Assembly (NCBI GenBank): GCA_963662315.1
Contig: OY759353.1
Location: forward strand, 4,224,001 to 4,288,000
Source of the DNA: Geopsychrobacteraceae bacterium
GTDB taxonomy: Bacteria > Desulfobacterota > Desulfuromonadia > Desulfuromonadales > Geopsychrobacteraceae
Reading direction: 5' to 3'
DNA length: 64,000 bases
The notes under the pieces were generated by a model. That model was given only the letters and a program-made list of their open reading frames with translations, was not told the origin of the DNA and did not search any database. How positions within the stretch are numbered: the stretch's first letter is position 1; each line of letters opens with the position of its first letter. This document shows positions 1 to 9,088 of this stretch, one piece after another. A program made the translations under genes and the position numbers.

Positions 1-37
1 CGAGCGTTGGTAACATGTAATCAGGAATCAACCAACC

Positions 38-185
38 CGGCCGGAGCTCTTTCCGGCCGGGTTCATTTTTCCCGGCGCTGAAAGAACGAATCAAAAAAAT
101 CGCTTAAAGGTCAAATACCCTGATGAAAGCCGGGATTGCGTAGAATTTAGCGTAGTCGTGGTGGGAACACAGTCAGCCCACGATC
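38..185 (+). repeat. Divergent partial copy of the ~450-bp structured repeat (5' part)
   Basis: ggttcatttttcccggcgctgaaagaacgaatcaaaaaaatcgcttaaaggtcaaataccctgatga aligns by eye with ggattcattttttccagcgatgaaaaaatgaatcaaaaaaatctttgaaggtcaaacacactgacga at ~17984. Confidence 0.6.
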
Positions 186-574
186 TTGCCTTTGATTGAA
201 AATTTCTTTATTCCCATAGAAAAACCAAACTGTCCCCTTTTGTGAGCGGTTAAGACCGCGGCAACTGGCTCCCCGTGACCTCTTCCTATCCACAGGCAAG
301 CAAACCTGCATCCCACACTCTTCTTCATCAGATTAAAGCAATTATCTAATCTCTCGCTAACCTGAATGATACAGAAAGGCATACACACGGTTGATTGTTT
401 TTTGCCGATTTTTGCTCTATGCGGAAGCCTCTGCCAGGTTGCGCCTGCACAACTTAGAAGCGTAAAGAATGACTGCCCTACTTAAATGGTTTTAAGTCTT
501 GCAGAACGGTAAAAACAAAGCCAAATTAACTGATCGCTTGTTGCTATTCGCAACGGGAACAATTCGGAGGTAAG

Positions 575-2455
575 ATGAATATGTATTTTTCGAAGTGGAA
601 AGGCTTTTTTCTGTCTTTATTGCTTTTGGTTGGGTTGACCGGCCTGGCCGGATGTGGTGACAACAATGATGATAATGATGAGTCACACCATGCCGTTGAT
701 CTGCGGGTTATTCATACCAATGACCATCACTCATACCTGGACAGCTCAAGCTACGATCTGACCATCAATAATGTGTCAACCCGGGTGGACATGGGCGGCT
801 TTTCGCGACTCTCCACCGTTATCGAGGAAGAACGCAACAATCACAGTATCGTTGTCAACAGCGGCGAACTGAGTGGCACATTGTACTTCTCTTTGTTCAA
901 AGGTGAGCCAGATTTTAAAATCTTTAACGAACTTCATCTGGATGGCTACACGCTCGGAAACCACGAATTCGATGAAGGCGATGGCAGACTTGCCGAGCTT
1001 GTTGCCATGGCCAATTTCCCGATCCTTTCCTCGAATATGAGCCCTGAACCGGCTAGCCCTCTCTATGCGGTCAAAGACGACATCAAACCTTATGTCATTA
1101 AAAATATCGATGGAGAGAAAATCGGTATCATCGGGGTTCTGAAGGTCGAAAAGACCAAGAATTCTTCGCTGGTCTCTGATGATGTCACCTTCACCGAAGA
1201 GATAACTGCTGCGAATCAGGCTGTCGCCGAGCTTGAAGCGCAGGGCGTCAATAAGATCGTTCTGGTCAGCCATGTCGGCTATTACAACGATATCGTTTTT
1301 GCGCAAAATGTTCCCGGCCTGGATATTATCGTTGGCGGCGATACCCACTCCCTCATCGGCGCTGAAAGCGAACTCGAACAGATCGGTCTCAGCAGAGTCT
1401 ATGCCAACGATCAGACCGGGCCTTTTGCAGGATATACCCATGATGGAATTGCCGAACTCGATTCGATAGGGGCCTATCCGACTCTGGTGACCGGACCTGA
1501 AGGGGAACCGGTCTATGTTGTCACCGCCTGGAGCTATGCCCGTGCCGTCGGGATCCTTGATGTGGGCTTTTCTGCTGATGGCATCGTTGAAAACATCAGC
1601 GGCAACATTGTTATTCCGATCGGCGCTACTTTTCAGCAGAAAGATGCCAGTAACGCCTATGTCGAGGTGTCTGATACGGTGAAAAGCGAAATTCTCGCCG
1701 CCGTGGATGCGTCTCCCCTTTTGCGGGTGGCGGAGGTCAATCCGACCATCGAAACCATTCTTGAACCATACCGGTCAGAGATGATCGCCACCCAGGCGAA
1801 GGTGGTGGGCTCTGTCTCCGAGACGATGAGCAATACCAGGATTCCAACCGCTTTTGCCGCCGGAGATACGTCGACGGGAAGTTATGCCGGGCAGGTTGTT
1901 GCCGATGCCTTCAAAAGAACCAACATTGCGATCGATGTGGCGATTCAGAATGCCGGTGGGGTCAGAGCCAATCTTCTTGAAGGGGATATCACCCTGGGGC
2001 AGCTGATCGAGGTGCTGCCGTTTTCCAATACGGTTGTCATGATCAAGATGACAGGCGCGGATATCGTCAAGGTGTTGAACGAAGGTGCCTACTACTCGCT
2101 CAATTCAGGTTCGACCGGTGCTTTCCCCTACGCTTCGGGGCTGCGTTACGATGTCAATCTCAGCGGCGACGCGACCCATGTCATTACCAATGTCGAAGTT
2201 CAGGACAGAGTAAGCGGGGTGTGGTCGGATATTGCCGCCGATACCGTTTACACTGTGGCAACCAATTCGTTCACGGCACAGGGCAAGGATAACTATCTGA
2301 CCTTTGCCGCCGTGAGAGAAGCTGACTCAACTGTGTATGAGGATACTTCCATCCTCTACTATGTCCCACTGCTGGATTATTTCGAAAGCCTGCCGGATAA
2401 CATCCTGCCGGCGCTTGATCTGAGCGAATATTGTCTCAAATCAGTGGCAGAATAA
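575..2455 (+). CDS. nadN: 5'-nucleotidase / NAD nucleotidase lipoprotein (UshA/NadN family)
   Basis: Lipobox LAGC; metallophosphoesterase motifs HTNDHHS, GNHEFD, SHVG, GGDTH; C-terminal 5'-nucleotidase domain (NAGGVR, LPFSN). Confidence 0.88.
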   Translation: MNMYFSKWKGFFLSLLLLVGLTGLAGCGDNNDDNDESHHAVDLRVIHTNDHHSYLDSSSYDLTINNVSTRVDMGGFSRLSTVIEEERNNHSIVVNSGELSGTLYFSLFKGEPDFKIFNELHLDGYTLGNHEFDEGDGRLAELVAMANFPILSSNMSPEPASPLYAVKDDIKPYVIKNIDGEKIGIIGVLKVEKTKNSSLVSDDVTFTEEITAANQAVAELEAQGVNKIVLVSHVGYYNDIVFAQNVPGLDIIVGGDTHSLIGAESELEQIGLSRVYANDQTGPFAGYTHDGIAELDSIGAYPTLVTGPEGEPVYVVTAWSYARAVGILDVGFSADGIVENISGNIVIPIGATFQQKDASNAYVEVSDTVKSEILAAVDASPLLRVAEVNPTIETILEPYRSEMIATQAKVVGSVSETMSNTRIPTAFAAGDTSTGSYAGQVVADAFKRTNIAIDVAIQNAGGVRANLLEGDITLGQLIEVLPFSNTVVMIKMTGADIVKVLNEGAYYSLNSGSTGAFPYASGLRYDVNLSGDATHVITNVEVQDRVSGVWSDIAADTVYTVATNSFTAQGKDNYLTFAAVREADSTVYEDTSILYYVPLLDYFESLPDNILPALDLSEYCLKSVAE

Positions 2456-2579
2456 GCAGATACAGAGTGTCGACGTTGTTGTAGGCTGCCGATGAGGTAG
2501 CAGCCAACACACGGAATTGACCTGGCTGGGAAAAATTACGGATACCCTGAAATGGCGCCAGGTTAAGCAACACTGCAGT

Positions 2580-2624
2580 AAACTCGGGACTGTCCCCAGG
2601 GTCATCGGGGGCAGTCCCGGTTTT
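2580..2624. repeat. REP-like GC-rich hairpin
   Basis: gggactgtcccc-agggtcatcg-ggggcagtccc imperfect inverted repeat in intergenic DNA. Confidence 0.5.
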
Positions 2625-2700
2625 GCTGCATTCACTATTAAACGAGTGCCATTCCAGATATCCGCCCCCTTTTTGGATTTTGACGACGGACAGATCATTC

Positions 2701-2729
2701 TTGACGCTATACTTACCGGTCGGTATAGT
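2701..2729 (+). promoter_or_regulatory. sigma70 promoter with overlapping TetR operator
   Basis: TTGACG-17 bp-TATAGT with palindrome TACCG-GT-CGGTA in the spacer, just upstream of tetR. Confidence 0.7.
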
Positions 2730-2765
2730 GAGAAGAAATAATCTGATCACTGAAATACGGGAACC

Positions 2766-3332
2766 ATGGATAATCAAACCAAAATACTATCATCAGCTCT
2801 TGAACTATTTGCCCAGCACGGCTATGACGCGGTCGGGGTGCAGCGGATTGTAGCCGCGGCGGAGGTCACCAAGCCTACCCTGTATCATTATTTCGGCAGT
2901 AAAAAAGGCTTATTGCTGGCATTGCTGGAATCCCGATTCAGCGACTTGTTTCAGCTTCTTGAGGAAGCAACCGCGCTAGATGGGAACTTGCAAGAACAAC
3001 TTAGCCGGATTGTCTCGGCATATTTTAATTTTGCCGGCTTAAATCCGGATTTTTACCGCCTGCAGCTGTCCCTGTGGTTTGCTCCGGCTCACAGCGAGGC
3101 ATTTGATGCCGCCCTGGGCTTTAGCCTCAGGCAACAGGGATTTTTGGAAAAGATTTTTGTCGCTGCCGCAGAGCAAAACAAGCATATGGAGGGGCAGCAT
3201 CAGGCTTATGCCGCAACTTTTCTGGGCATGACCAATACCTATATCGGCATATCCCTCAACGGCTATGCTGAATTAAACCAAAGCTTGATTGACCGCACCG
3301 TGCACCAGTTTCTATATGGGATTTTTCGCTAG
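2766..3332 (+). CDS. TetR/AcrR family transcriptional regulator
   Basis: N-terminal HTH (ALELFAQHGYDAVGVQRIV...KPTLYHYFGSK). Confidence 0.92.
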   Translation: MDNQTKILSSALELFAQHGYDAVGVQRIVAAAEVTKPTLYHYFGSKKGLLLALLESRFSDLFQLLEEATALDGNLQEQLSRIVSAYFNFAGLNPDFYRLQLSLWFAPAHSEAFDAALGFSLRQQGFLEKIFVAAAEQNKHMEGQHQAYAATFLGMTNTYIGISLNGYAELNQSLIDRTVHQFLYGIFR

Positions 3333-3340
3333 GGGGAAAT

Positions 3341-3440
3341 ATGACATTCCAAAAAATACTCATCGTTGGCGCTGGAACCATGGGGATGCAGATCTCATCA
3401 TTGAATCGGTCACGGAAAATCTGAAAACAAAACAGAGCAG
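3341..3440 (+). pseudogene. Internally deleted 3-hydroxyacyl-CoA dehydrogenase remnant
   Basis: MTFQKILIVGAGTMGMQI in one frame joined to DADLIIESVTENLKTKQ in another; both are 3HCDH_N motifs. Confidence 0.7.
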
Positions 3441-3489
3441 AGAGGGAAGACTGTGCGGCATGACCATCTCATGAAAGAAATGTCATCAG

Positions 3490-4290
3490 ATGACCACTGA
3501 AAATATCTATGATCATATGTCCGGGCGCTACATCTCCTGCGACGATGCCCAAATATACGTTGAGGAAAAAGGAAATCCGGAGCTGCCAATATTGATTATG
3601 TTGCATGGTGGATTTGGCAATATGGAAGACTTCAATACCATTGCTCCGGCTTTAAGCCGTCAATTTAGGCTTATTGGTATCGACAGTTGCGGACATGGAA
3701 AATCGAGCCTGGGGACGGGAAAACTTTCTTATACGCTGCTGGCAGATGATCTTGCCCGGATCATTGATTCCCTTGAAATTGCGGCATTCAATCTCCTTGG
3801 ATTCAGTGATGGTGGCATCATCGCCTACCGTTATGCCGCAAGAAAAGATCCAAGGCTTGGTAAATTAATAACAGTCGGGGCAAGGTGGGAAATGAGTGAG
3901 CATGACCCTGTATGGGCCATGCTTTCCGGGATGAACGTGGATATCTGGAAGAAGGCTTTTCCTTTGAGCTATGAAAGCTATAAGCGCCTTAATCCAGAGC
4001 CTGACTTCGACGAATTCTCCAAGGTAGTTGTAGCTATGTGGACGGATTTGAGCAGTGATGGCCACCCTGGGGCGCTGGTGACGCAAATAGACAATGAAAT
4101 ACTGGCCATCCGTGGTGAAAGGGATCCACTGACTTCACTCGAAAGTATGGAGAGGCTTCGTGGTATGGGGAAGAAAGTGCGTCTTGTGAATATTCCCTTG
4201 GCAGGACATGTTGCCTTTAATGATGACCCGGAAATGTTTCTTCATACGGTCAGTGGTTTTTACACCTCCATCGAGAGAGAGACCGAATGA
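3490..4290 (+). CDS. Alpha/beta fold hydrolase
   Basis: HGG oxyanion motif, GFSDGG nucleophile elbow, GERD and AGH catalytic residues. Confidence 0.9.
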   Translation: MTTENIYDHMSGRYISCDDAQIYVEEKGNPELPILIMLHGGFGNMEDFNTIAPALSRQFRLIGIDSCGHGKSSLGTGKLSYTLLADDLARIIDSLEIAAFNLLGFSDGGIIAYRYAARKDPRLGKLITVGARWEMSEHDPVWAMLSGMNVDIWKKAFPLSYESYKRLNPEPDFDEFSKVVVAMWTDLSSDGHPGALVTQIDNEILAIRGERDPLTSLESMERLRGMGKKVRLVNIPLAGHVAFNDDPEMFLHTVSGFYTSIERETE

Positions 4291-4796
4291 CTCTGGAACG
4301 CACAGTAGCAAAGGCATTTCGCTTGACAGACGAGAATTGGATGAAACATTCGAATCCGTGGAGTGTCTGGACACGATATTCCGTTCTTCCCTTGATTGTG
4401 ATCGGTTTTTGGAGTCGCGTTTGGATCGGCTGGTGGTGTTTAGTTCCAGGAATACTGTCCATTCTGTGGATGTTTTTTAACCCCGTGTTTTTCAATAAAC
4501 CAAAATCCACCAAGAATTGGGCTTCAAAATCTGTATTGGGCGAGAGAGTTTATCTCAATAGAGACCATGTTGAGATTCCAGAGATTCATAAAACCCCCCT
4601 GTTTGGCATTCTCAATGCGATTTCTTCCAGCGGTATGGCGCTGGCGATTTGGGCCATTGTCTACTATTCCGTGTGGGGCGCAATCCTTGGCACAGCGCTG
4701 GCCTACCTTGGAAAAAGTTGGTACTTGGACCGCATGGTTTGGTTGTATGAAACAATGAAACATGAACATGAAGAGTATCGAAAGTGGGACTACTGA
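4287..4796 (+). CDS. Membrane protein, DUF6653-like
   Basis: W..HSNPWSVWTR and GKSWYLDRMVWLY motifs; ATGA overlap with upstream gene. Confidence 0.7.
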   Translation: MTLERTVAKAFRLTDENWMKHSNPWSVWTRYSVLPLIVIGFWSRVWIGWWCLVPGILSILWMFFNPVFFNKPKSTKNWASKSVLGERVYLNRDHVEIPEIHKTPLFGILNAISSSGMALAIWAIVYYSVWGAILGTALAYLGKSWYLDRMVWLYETMKHEHEEYRKWDY

Positions 4797-4968
4797 AGGG
4801 CAAGTAGCAGGCGTTTTTTCCCCTATATTGGCTTTCTTGTGGAAAAACACATCACGTTGAGTGCGGCCTTTGAGAGATATTGTGAAATTTTCTTTTACTT
4901 ATGTGAAGTTATTGCCGATGAGTATCAGGTAATGTCTGTATGGGCTTAGGTGCCGGGAGAAGAAATCC

Positions 4969-5388
4969 ATGAAGATCAGTACAGAGACCACGCATCCTTA
5001 TACCAGCCAGCGCGCACAAACTCCCTCCGCGACAAGTGCCAAGGCGACGTCGTTTGCGGCCAGACTGGCAACAGCTACTGGCGAAAACTCCACCGGAAAA
5101 CAGGTAGATTTCGCCAACATGACCCGCCAGGACCTGTTCGATTGGATGAACAACCAAATCCGCAGCGGCAAAATGTCCCTCGATGAAAGTTCACCCTTCT
5201 TGGGGATGACAATGAAGGTTGCGGTAGCGGCAGGCCCACAGTCGTCAGAGATGGCTGCAGACACGACGCGCATCAATTTTATTGAAAAAGCCCGTTTGGG
5301 AATCGAGGGGGCGCTGTCACGCAATGATCAGGATTTGGCCAACAGATTGACGATGGCAATAGATCTTATGCGGCGCGCAAGCCCGTGA
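4969..5388 (+). CDS. Hypothetical protein
   Basis: 139-aa ORF with RBS (GGAG); its stop lies in a degenerate end of the long repeat. Confidence 0.65.
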   Translation: MKISTETTHPYTSQRAQTPSATSAKATSFAARLATATGENSTGKQVDFANMTRQDLFDWMNNQIRSGKMSLDESSPFLGMTMKVAVAAGPQSSEMAADTTRINFIEKARLGIEGALSRNDQDLANRLTMAIDLMRRASP

Positions 5389-5900
5389 TTTTGCTTGTTT
5401 CATTTCAATCATAAAAAGACAACACCGGCGGGTCCCGGCCCGCCAGCCGGCTTCATTTTTCCCAACGATGGAAAAACGAAGCAAAAAGATCTTTGAAGGT
5501 CAAGGTAACTGACGATAGCTGTGTTGGGTTACGTTTAAAGGTTGCTGGGTGCAATTAACCGGCAGCCCACGCTGCTGTCGCAGCTAATGGGCAAGGGCGT
5601 TAGTTGGTGCAGAATGCCGTGGGATTATCGGTATTCGTTTTTAAAACCATTATCCATCAATAATGCGGTTCTGGCCATCAGGCGCGCATTGCGCCGTCGG
5701 CCGACTGGTTAGATGCTGGATGTTTCCTTGGAGAACCAACGCCCGAGTCCGGACCCTTTAAAGAAGGGCGTTTTGTGCTTACTATTTGTCGCCCGCCTGG
5801 GACAAATAGTAAGGCGTCGTGCGGGGCGCAACCCCGCGACTTTGTTTGTTTCTTTTCAATCATAAAAGACAACACCGGCGGGGCCCGGCCCGCCAGCCGG
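5369..5900 (+). repeat. ~450-bp structured repeat, one full unit plus the start of a second
   Basis: Near-identical to 46527-46977; period 451 between the degenerate and intact GGGGCGCAACCCC hairpins. Confidence 0.92.
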
Positions 5901-6232
5901 TACCATGTGCCGCGCGGGAGTATCGTCCCGCAAGTGAGACAGATCTCCCCGGATAAGAACGCGATCTGTCACTGCTTGGGCCGCAGTATGTACCAAGGTA
6001 TCGTGAATCCGTGGGACTTCGTTATGGTGTGCTGACTTGCCCGGATACCCGGCCTTATATCCTGTTTCTGTTCGTCAGCTCACAGTTTTGCACTCGGGCT
6101 TCCTCCAGACCTCTCCTCACGGAGACGCCCTTGCCGTCGGCTAGTACTTTAATGACATCACACACATGTGATGCTAGGATTCTACGTACAGGGGACTTCC
6201 ACCCCATAAGATCACGCCCGTGCCGGGCGTAC
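5901..6232 (-). mobile_element. 5' fragment (mainly domain I) of a group IIC-attC intron; no RT ORF or domain V/VI
   Basis: Minus strand reads TTGT|GTACGCCCGGCACGGGCGTGA...GGAAGTCCCC...GACGGCAAGGGCG...TCTGGAGGAAGCCCGA...CGTTCTTATCCGGGGAGATCT; inserted at the TTGT target of an attC. Confidence 0.82.
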
Positions 6233-6329
6233 ACAAGACAATCAACCGGATGGAACAATGGTAGCCGAAATTCGCAAGAAGGTTACTAAGCTGTAACGAC
6301 GTCGGCCACCGGTTATTTCACCGTTAGCT
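6233..6329 (+). other. attC site (R'' removed by intron insertion)
   Basis: acaa...atcaaccggatgg...ccaccggttat-ttcacc-GTTAGCT; homologous to attC at 7172 and 20111. Confidence 0.85.
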
Positions 6330-6354
6330 ACCCAAAATAATTTAAGGAAATTCA

Positions 6355-6675
6355 ATGTCATCAGAAAATATTCAAGAGCCAGAAGTTTTAGGTCCGGAGG
6401 AAGAAAAAAATACTCAACCTGATCCGTTTTTCGAATATTTAAAGTCGGACAAAGGGCATGAAATTCTTTCAAGAACAATCAAGATATTTGAAGACATAAA
6501 AATTGCTACTCTTGAAAAATCAACAAGTCATGCAAAATTTGAAAAATGGATTCAGGGTCTGATTGTGATCATTGTAATCGTAGCTACTAGTATCTTGACC
6601 TATCTCGGTAAATTTGATTCCTCAATTGGAGTTTTGTTTGGAACTTTAGTCGGTTATTTGTTCGGAAAAAAGTAG
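6355..6675 (+). CDS. Gene-cassette small membrane protein
   Basis: AT-rich 106-aa ORF, two C-terminal TM helices, bounded by GTTAGCT (6323) and AGCTAAC (6674). Confidence 0.75.
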   Translation: MSSENIQEPEVLGPEEEKNTQPDPFFEYLKSDKGHEILSRTIKIFEDIKIATLEKSTSHAKFEKWIQGLIVIIVIVATSILTYLGKFDSSIGVLFGTLVGYLFGKK

Positions 6676-6677
6676 CT

Positions 6678-6764
6678 AACACTTATCAGGCCCCCGGCCG
6701 TCAAGAGTAAAAAATAGCGTCAACGCAAAAGATTCACCTTTTCGTTCTTTGACAAGCGACTGAT
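6678..6764. repeat. Conserved 87-bp array-terminal tail (possible inverted attI-like site)
   Basis: One mismatch versus 23082-23168; begins at the R'' AAC of the cassette. Confidence 0.8.
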
Positions 6765-7171
6765 CTACTAAGCAGCCATCCGGTTTCTGACTTGGGCTTT
6801 CACACGGGCTGCAGTGACGATCCTGCTCCCAAACACTTATTGAGGCTCTTTACACAGGGCCCGGATCTTTGGTTGCATCCTATTGCCCTGCCACCTGGAA
6901 ACACGTACGGACCCTGGTGCCGTTCCAGTCAAAAAGGCGGGCTTCATCGGTTGTGCTGATGATCCCAGTTCGTTACGGAATCGGGGCAGGGGCTTCAGCC
7001 GGCGCGGGCCGTGTTCGACCATCGCGCAAATATTGTGGGAGCGAGACAGGCCTCCAATCATCTGGAAGAATGGGGGTAAAACAGGCATTTTTTATCTCAC
7101 TCCCCCTGCCAGGGTTGGCTACATATCTTTACTTCAGGGTCTTTAAATTTTTAAGCATTTTAAGAGAAACA

Positions 7172-7272
7172 CCCTAACCTCAGCATCAACCGGATGGGAC
7201 AGGGCTAGGCGAAATTCGCAAGAAGTCTACTAGTTTGTAACGCATGTCCGCCACCGGTTAGAACCGTTATAA
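7172..7272 (+). other. attC site
   Basis: R'' CCCTAAC, L'' atcaaccggatgg, L' ccaccggttag, R' GTTATAA; extrahelical C and A on top strand. Confidence 0.85.
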
Positions 7273-7284
7273 GTCGTCGAGCTC

Positions 7285-7312
7285 TTGACATTATAGTAAA
7301 CCAGTTTACAAT
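7285..7312 (+). promoter_or_regulatory. Cassette-internal promoter with putative MarR operator
   Basis: TTGACA-16 bp-TACAAT overlapping palindrome GTAAAC-CA-GTTTAC. Confidence 0.6.
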
Positions 7313-7344
7313 ATATCCAAACAAGTTAACAAATGGAGGTTACT

Positions 7345-7764
7345 ATGTGGACAAAGAGCTACAGCAAGACAGTTGAAAAACTGAACGCTGCTGAGGTTTG
7401 GAACGTTTGGACTGATGTCAATCACTGGCACACATGGCAAGATGATATCGAATTCGCAAAGCTAAATGGTGAATTCAGAAAAGGCGGCTTGATCCATTTC
7501 AAACCGAAAGGTGGTCCAAAGATCAAACTTGAACTTACTGAGGTCAAACCCAATTCCGTTTTTGTTGACCTCACAAGATTTCCCTTAGCAAGAATGTTCG
7601 ATTCACACGAAATAATTGATCACGGTGAAAATTTAGAAATTAAGTCAACAATTCGAATCGATGGACCACTGTCTTTTTTATGGAGGAAGCTCGTTGCCGA
7701 AAATGTTGCAAAAGGGCTTGAAGAACAGACAGATAGACTTATTGAAAAGGTTAGAAATGGCTGA
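7345..7764 (+). CDS. SRPBCC / polyketide cyclase-like protein (cassette)
   Basis: VWNVWTDVNHWHTWQ SRPBCC motif; GGAGG RBS before ATG 7345. Confidence 0.85.
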   Translation: MWTKSYSKTVEKLNAAEVWNVWTDVNHWHTWQDDIEFAKLNGEFRKGGLIHFKPKGGPKIKLELTEVKPNSVFVDLTRFPLARMFDSHEIIDHGENLEIKSTIRIDGPLSFLWRKLVAENVAKGLEEQTDRLIEKVRNG

Positions 7765-8218
7765 GTCTTCTCCCTTCAGATACGACAAGGCAGACGATAG
7801 CGCAGGGTTCCTTCTATGGAAAATCACTGCTCTTTGGCAAGCAAAGCTGGAAAAAGTATTGGCCGAATTCGGCATTACACAGACACAATATGCTATTCTT
7901 GCATCTTTAAGATGGTTTGAAGAAAAAGAAGAGCCTACAACTCAGACACATTTAGTTGAGCATGCAAAAATCGATAAAATGACGGTTTCTAAAGCGATTC
8001 GACGGCTTGAAAGCAAAGGTCTGGTCTTGCGAGAGAGGTCGGCAATAGATAGCCGAGCAACAAATGTCCATTTCTCAAAAATAGGTCTGGAGATAATTCA
8101 AAAAGCCATTGTTGCCATAGAGAGTGCCGATGAGGATTTTTTTTCCTGTTTAAATGAAAAGCAGCTTGCGACATACAAGTCTCTGACAACAATTGTAATA
8201 TCGAAAAATGGTTTATAA
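7757..8218 (+). CDS. MarR family regulator (same cassette)
   Basis: GITQTQYAILASL...DKMTVSKAIRRLESKGLV.R...DSRA; stop TAA inside R'' TTATAAC. Confidence 0.9.
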   Translation: MAESSPFRYDKADDSAGFLLWKITALWQAKLEKVLAEFGITQTQYAILASLRWFEEKEEPTTQTHLVEHAKIDKMTVSKAIRRLESKGLVLRERSAIDSRATNVHFSKIGLEIIQKAIVAIESADEDFFSCLNEKQLATYKSLTTIVISKNGL

Positions 8219-8273
8219 CATCAGCCTTCAGCGGAGTGAAAGGGCCACGCGCCCGCTGAGGCAGGCGTTATGC
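8213..8273 (+). other. Short attC site (61 bp)
   Basis: TTATAAC-atcagc-cttcagcgg...ccgctgag-gcaggc-GTTATGC; R'' is complementary to cassette start GTTATAA at 7266. Confidence 0.85.
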
Positions 8274-8291
8274 ATAAAGGAGAAATGGGTT

Positions 8292-8681
8292 GTGAAACGA
8301 CATCCAGTGGAAATTCAAATTGAAATAGCCGATAAAGCCATCGTCGCTGAAGATTTTGATGTGCTCATGGGTATTTATACTGATGACGCAGTTTTAGTTA
8401 TTGAGCCTGGCCGTAATGCCATCGGGAAAAATGAAATCCGTAAAGCGTTTGAAGCTATAGCTGTATATTTTAAGAATGGCCTGCAAGTTAAACAAAATGG
8501 TTTGGAAATCCTTGAGTCAGGAGATACAGCGCTTGTGCTAGCAAACACTGTAGTATCTGGTCCCGGTTTTCCTGCTACTGAACGTAAGGCCACATATGTA
8601 TTCAATAAATCGGCTAGTGGTATCTGGCAGTGTTCTATCGACAATTCATATGGTCATGAGATTATTGGTAAAAATGCATAA
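8292..8681 (+). CDS. SnoaL/NTF2-like DUF4440 (YybH-like) protein (cassette)
   Basis: YTDDAVL...G..EIR..F, GDTALV, W.CSIDN; bounded by GTTATGC and GCATAAC. Confidence 0.85.
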   Translation: MKRHPVEIQIEIADKAIVAEDFDVLMGIYTDDAVLVIEPGRNAIGKNEIRKAFEAIAVYFKNGLQVKQNGLEILESGDTALVLANTVVSGPGFPATERKATYVFNKSASGIWQCSIDNSYGHEIIGKNA

Positions 8682-8739
8682 CACTTATCAGGCCCCCTTC
8701 ATAGATAGCGGATGGTCCGTTATCTATGGAGGGGGCCTG
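8680..8739. repeat. Array-terminal AACACTTATCAGGCCCCC motif extended into a hairpin
   Basis: caggcccccttcatagata...tatctatggagggggcctg inverted repeat right after R''. Confidence 0.7.
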
Positions 8740-8929
8740 CACTAGTATCAATGAAATCAAGCCGACGGTTGAGAGCTGTTGCAGCGCCTGGATTTTTTCC
8801 AAGGCCTTTCCTGCGGTAAAGTCCATCTTCCTGGTCGGATTCAGTCGATAAATCGGGTGCCTTGTTGCAGGGGCGGCGGCGAGAGCCAGGTTTTCTTTCA
8901 GGAGAAGGTCCCTTGTCCCCCCACCAAAT

Positions 8930-8964
8930 AAAAAAGGCCACCCTGTATCAGGATGGCCTTTTTT
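8930..8964. terminator. Bidirectional intrinsic terminator
   Basis: aaaaaaggcca...tggcctttttt downstream of the esterase gene. Confidence 0.7.
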
Positions 8965-9088
8965 ATATACTGCCCCCGGAATTCTACGGGGCCATTTGAC
9001 ATTTGCGTCAACTTAGAAAAAACAGTCTAGAAATTATAATTTTCCAGGCTGTAAAGCATGGCAAATTTAAGCTATAGCTGATGAATGT

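Noticed and set aside
5495..5600. Hammerhead ribozyme in the long repeat (conserved GGTC...CTGAYGA in all variants)
   Set aside because: No stem II followed by GAAA, and only ~7 nt between GUC and CUGANGA, so stem I cannot form; the conserved motif stays unexplained
5775..6035. Repeated ORFs starting MLTICRPPGTNSKASCGAQPR (also 18220-18516, 46917-47231)
   Set aside because: Frames and stops differ between copies while base pairing is conserved; artefacts of the non-coding repeat
6832..6848. Fourth tail copy (aacacttattgaggc)
   Set aside because: Only 9 bp exact and no cassette ORF before it; may be chance
6765..7170. Integron integrase remnant next to the tail
   Set aside because: No tyrosine recombinase motifs (RHR/Y, HxLRH) recognised in the frames examined
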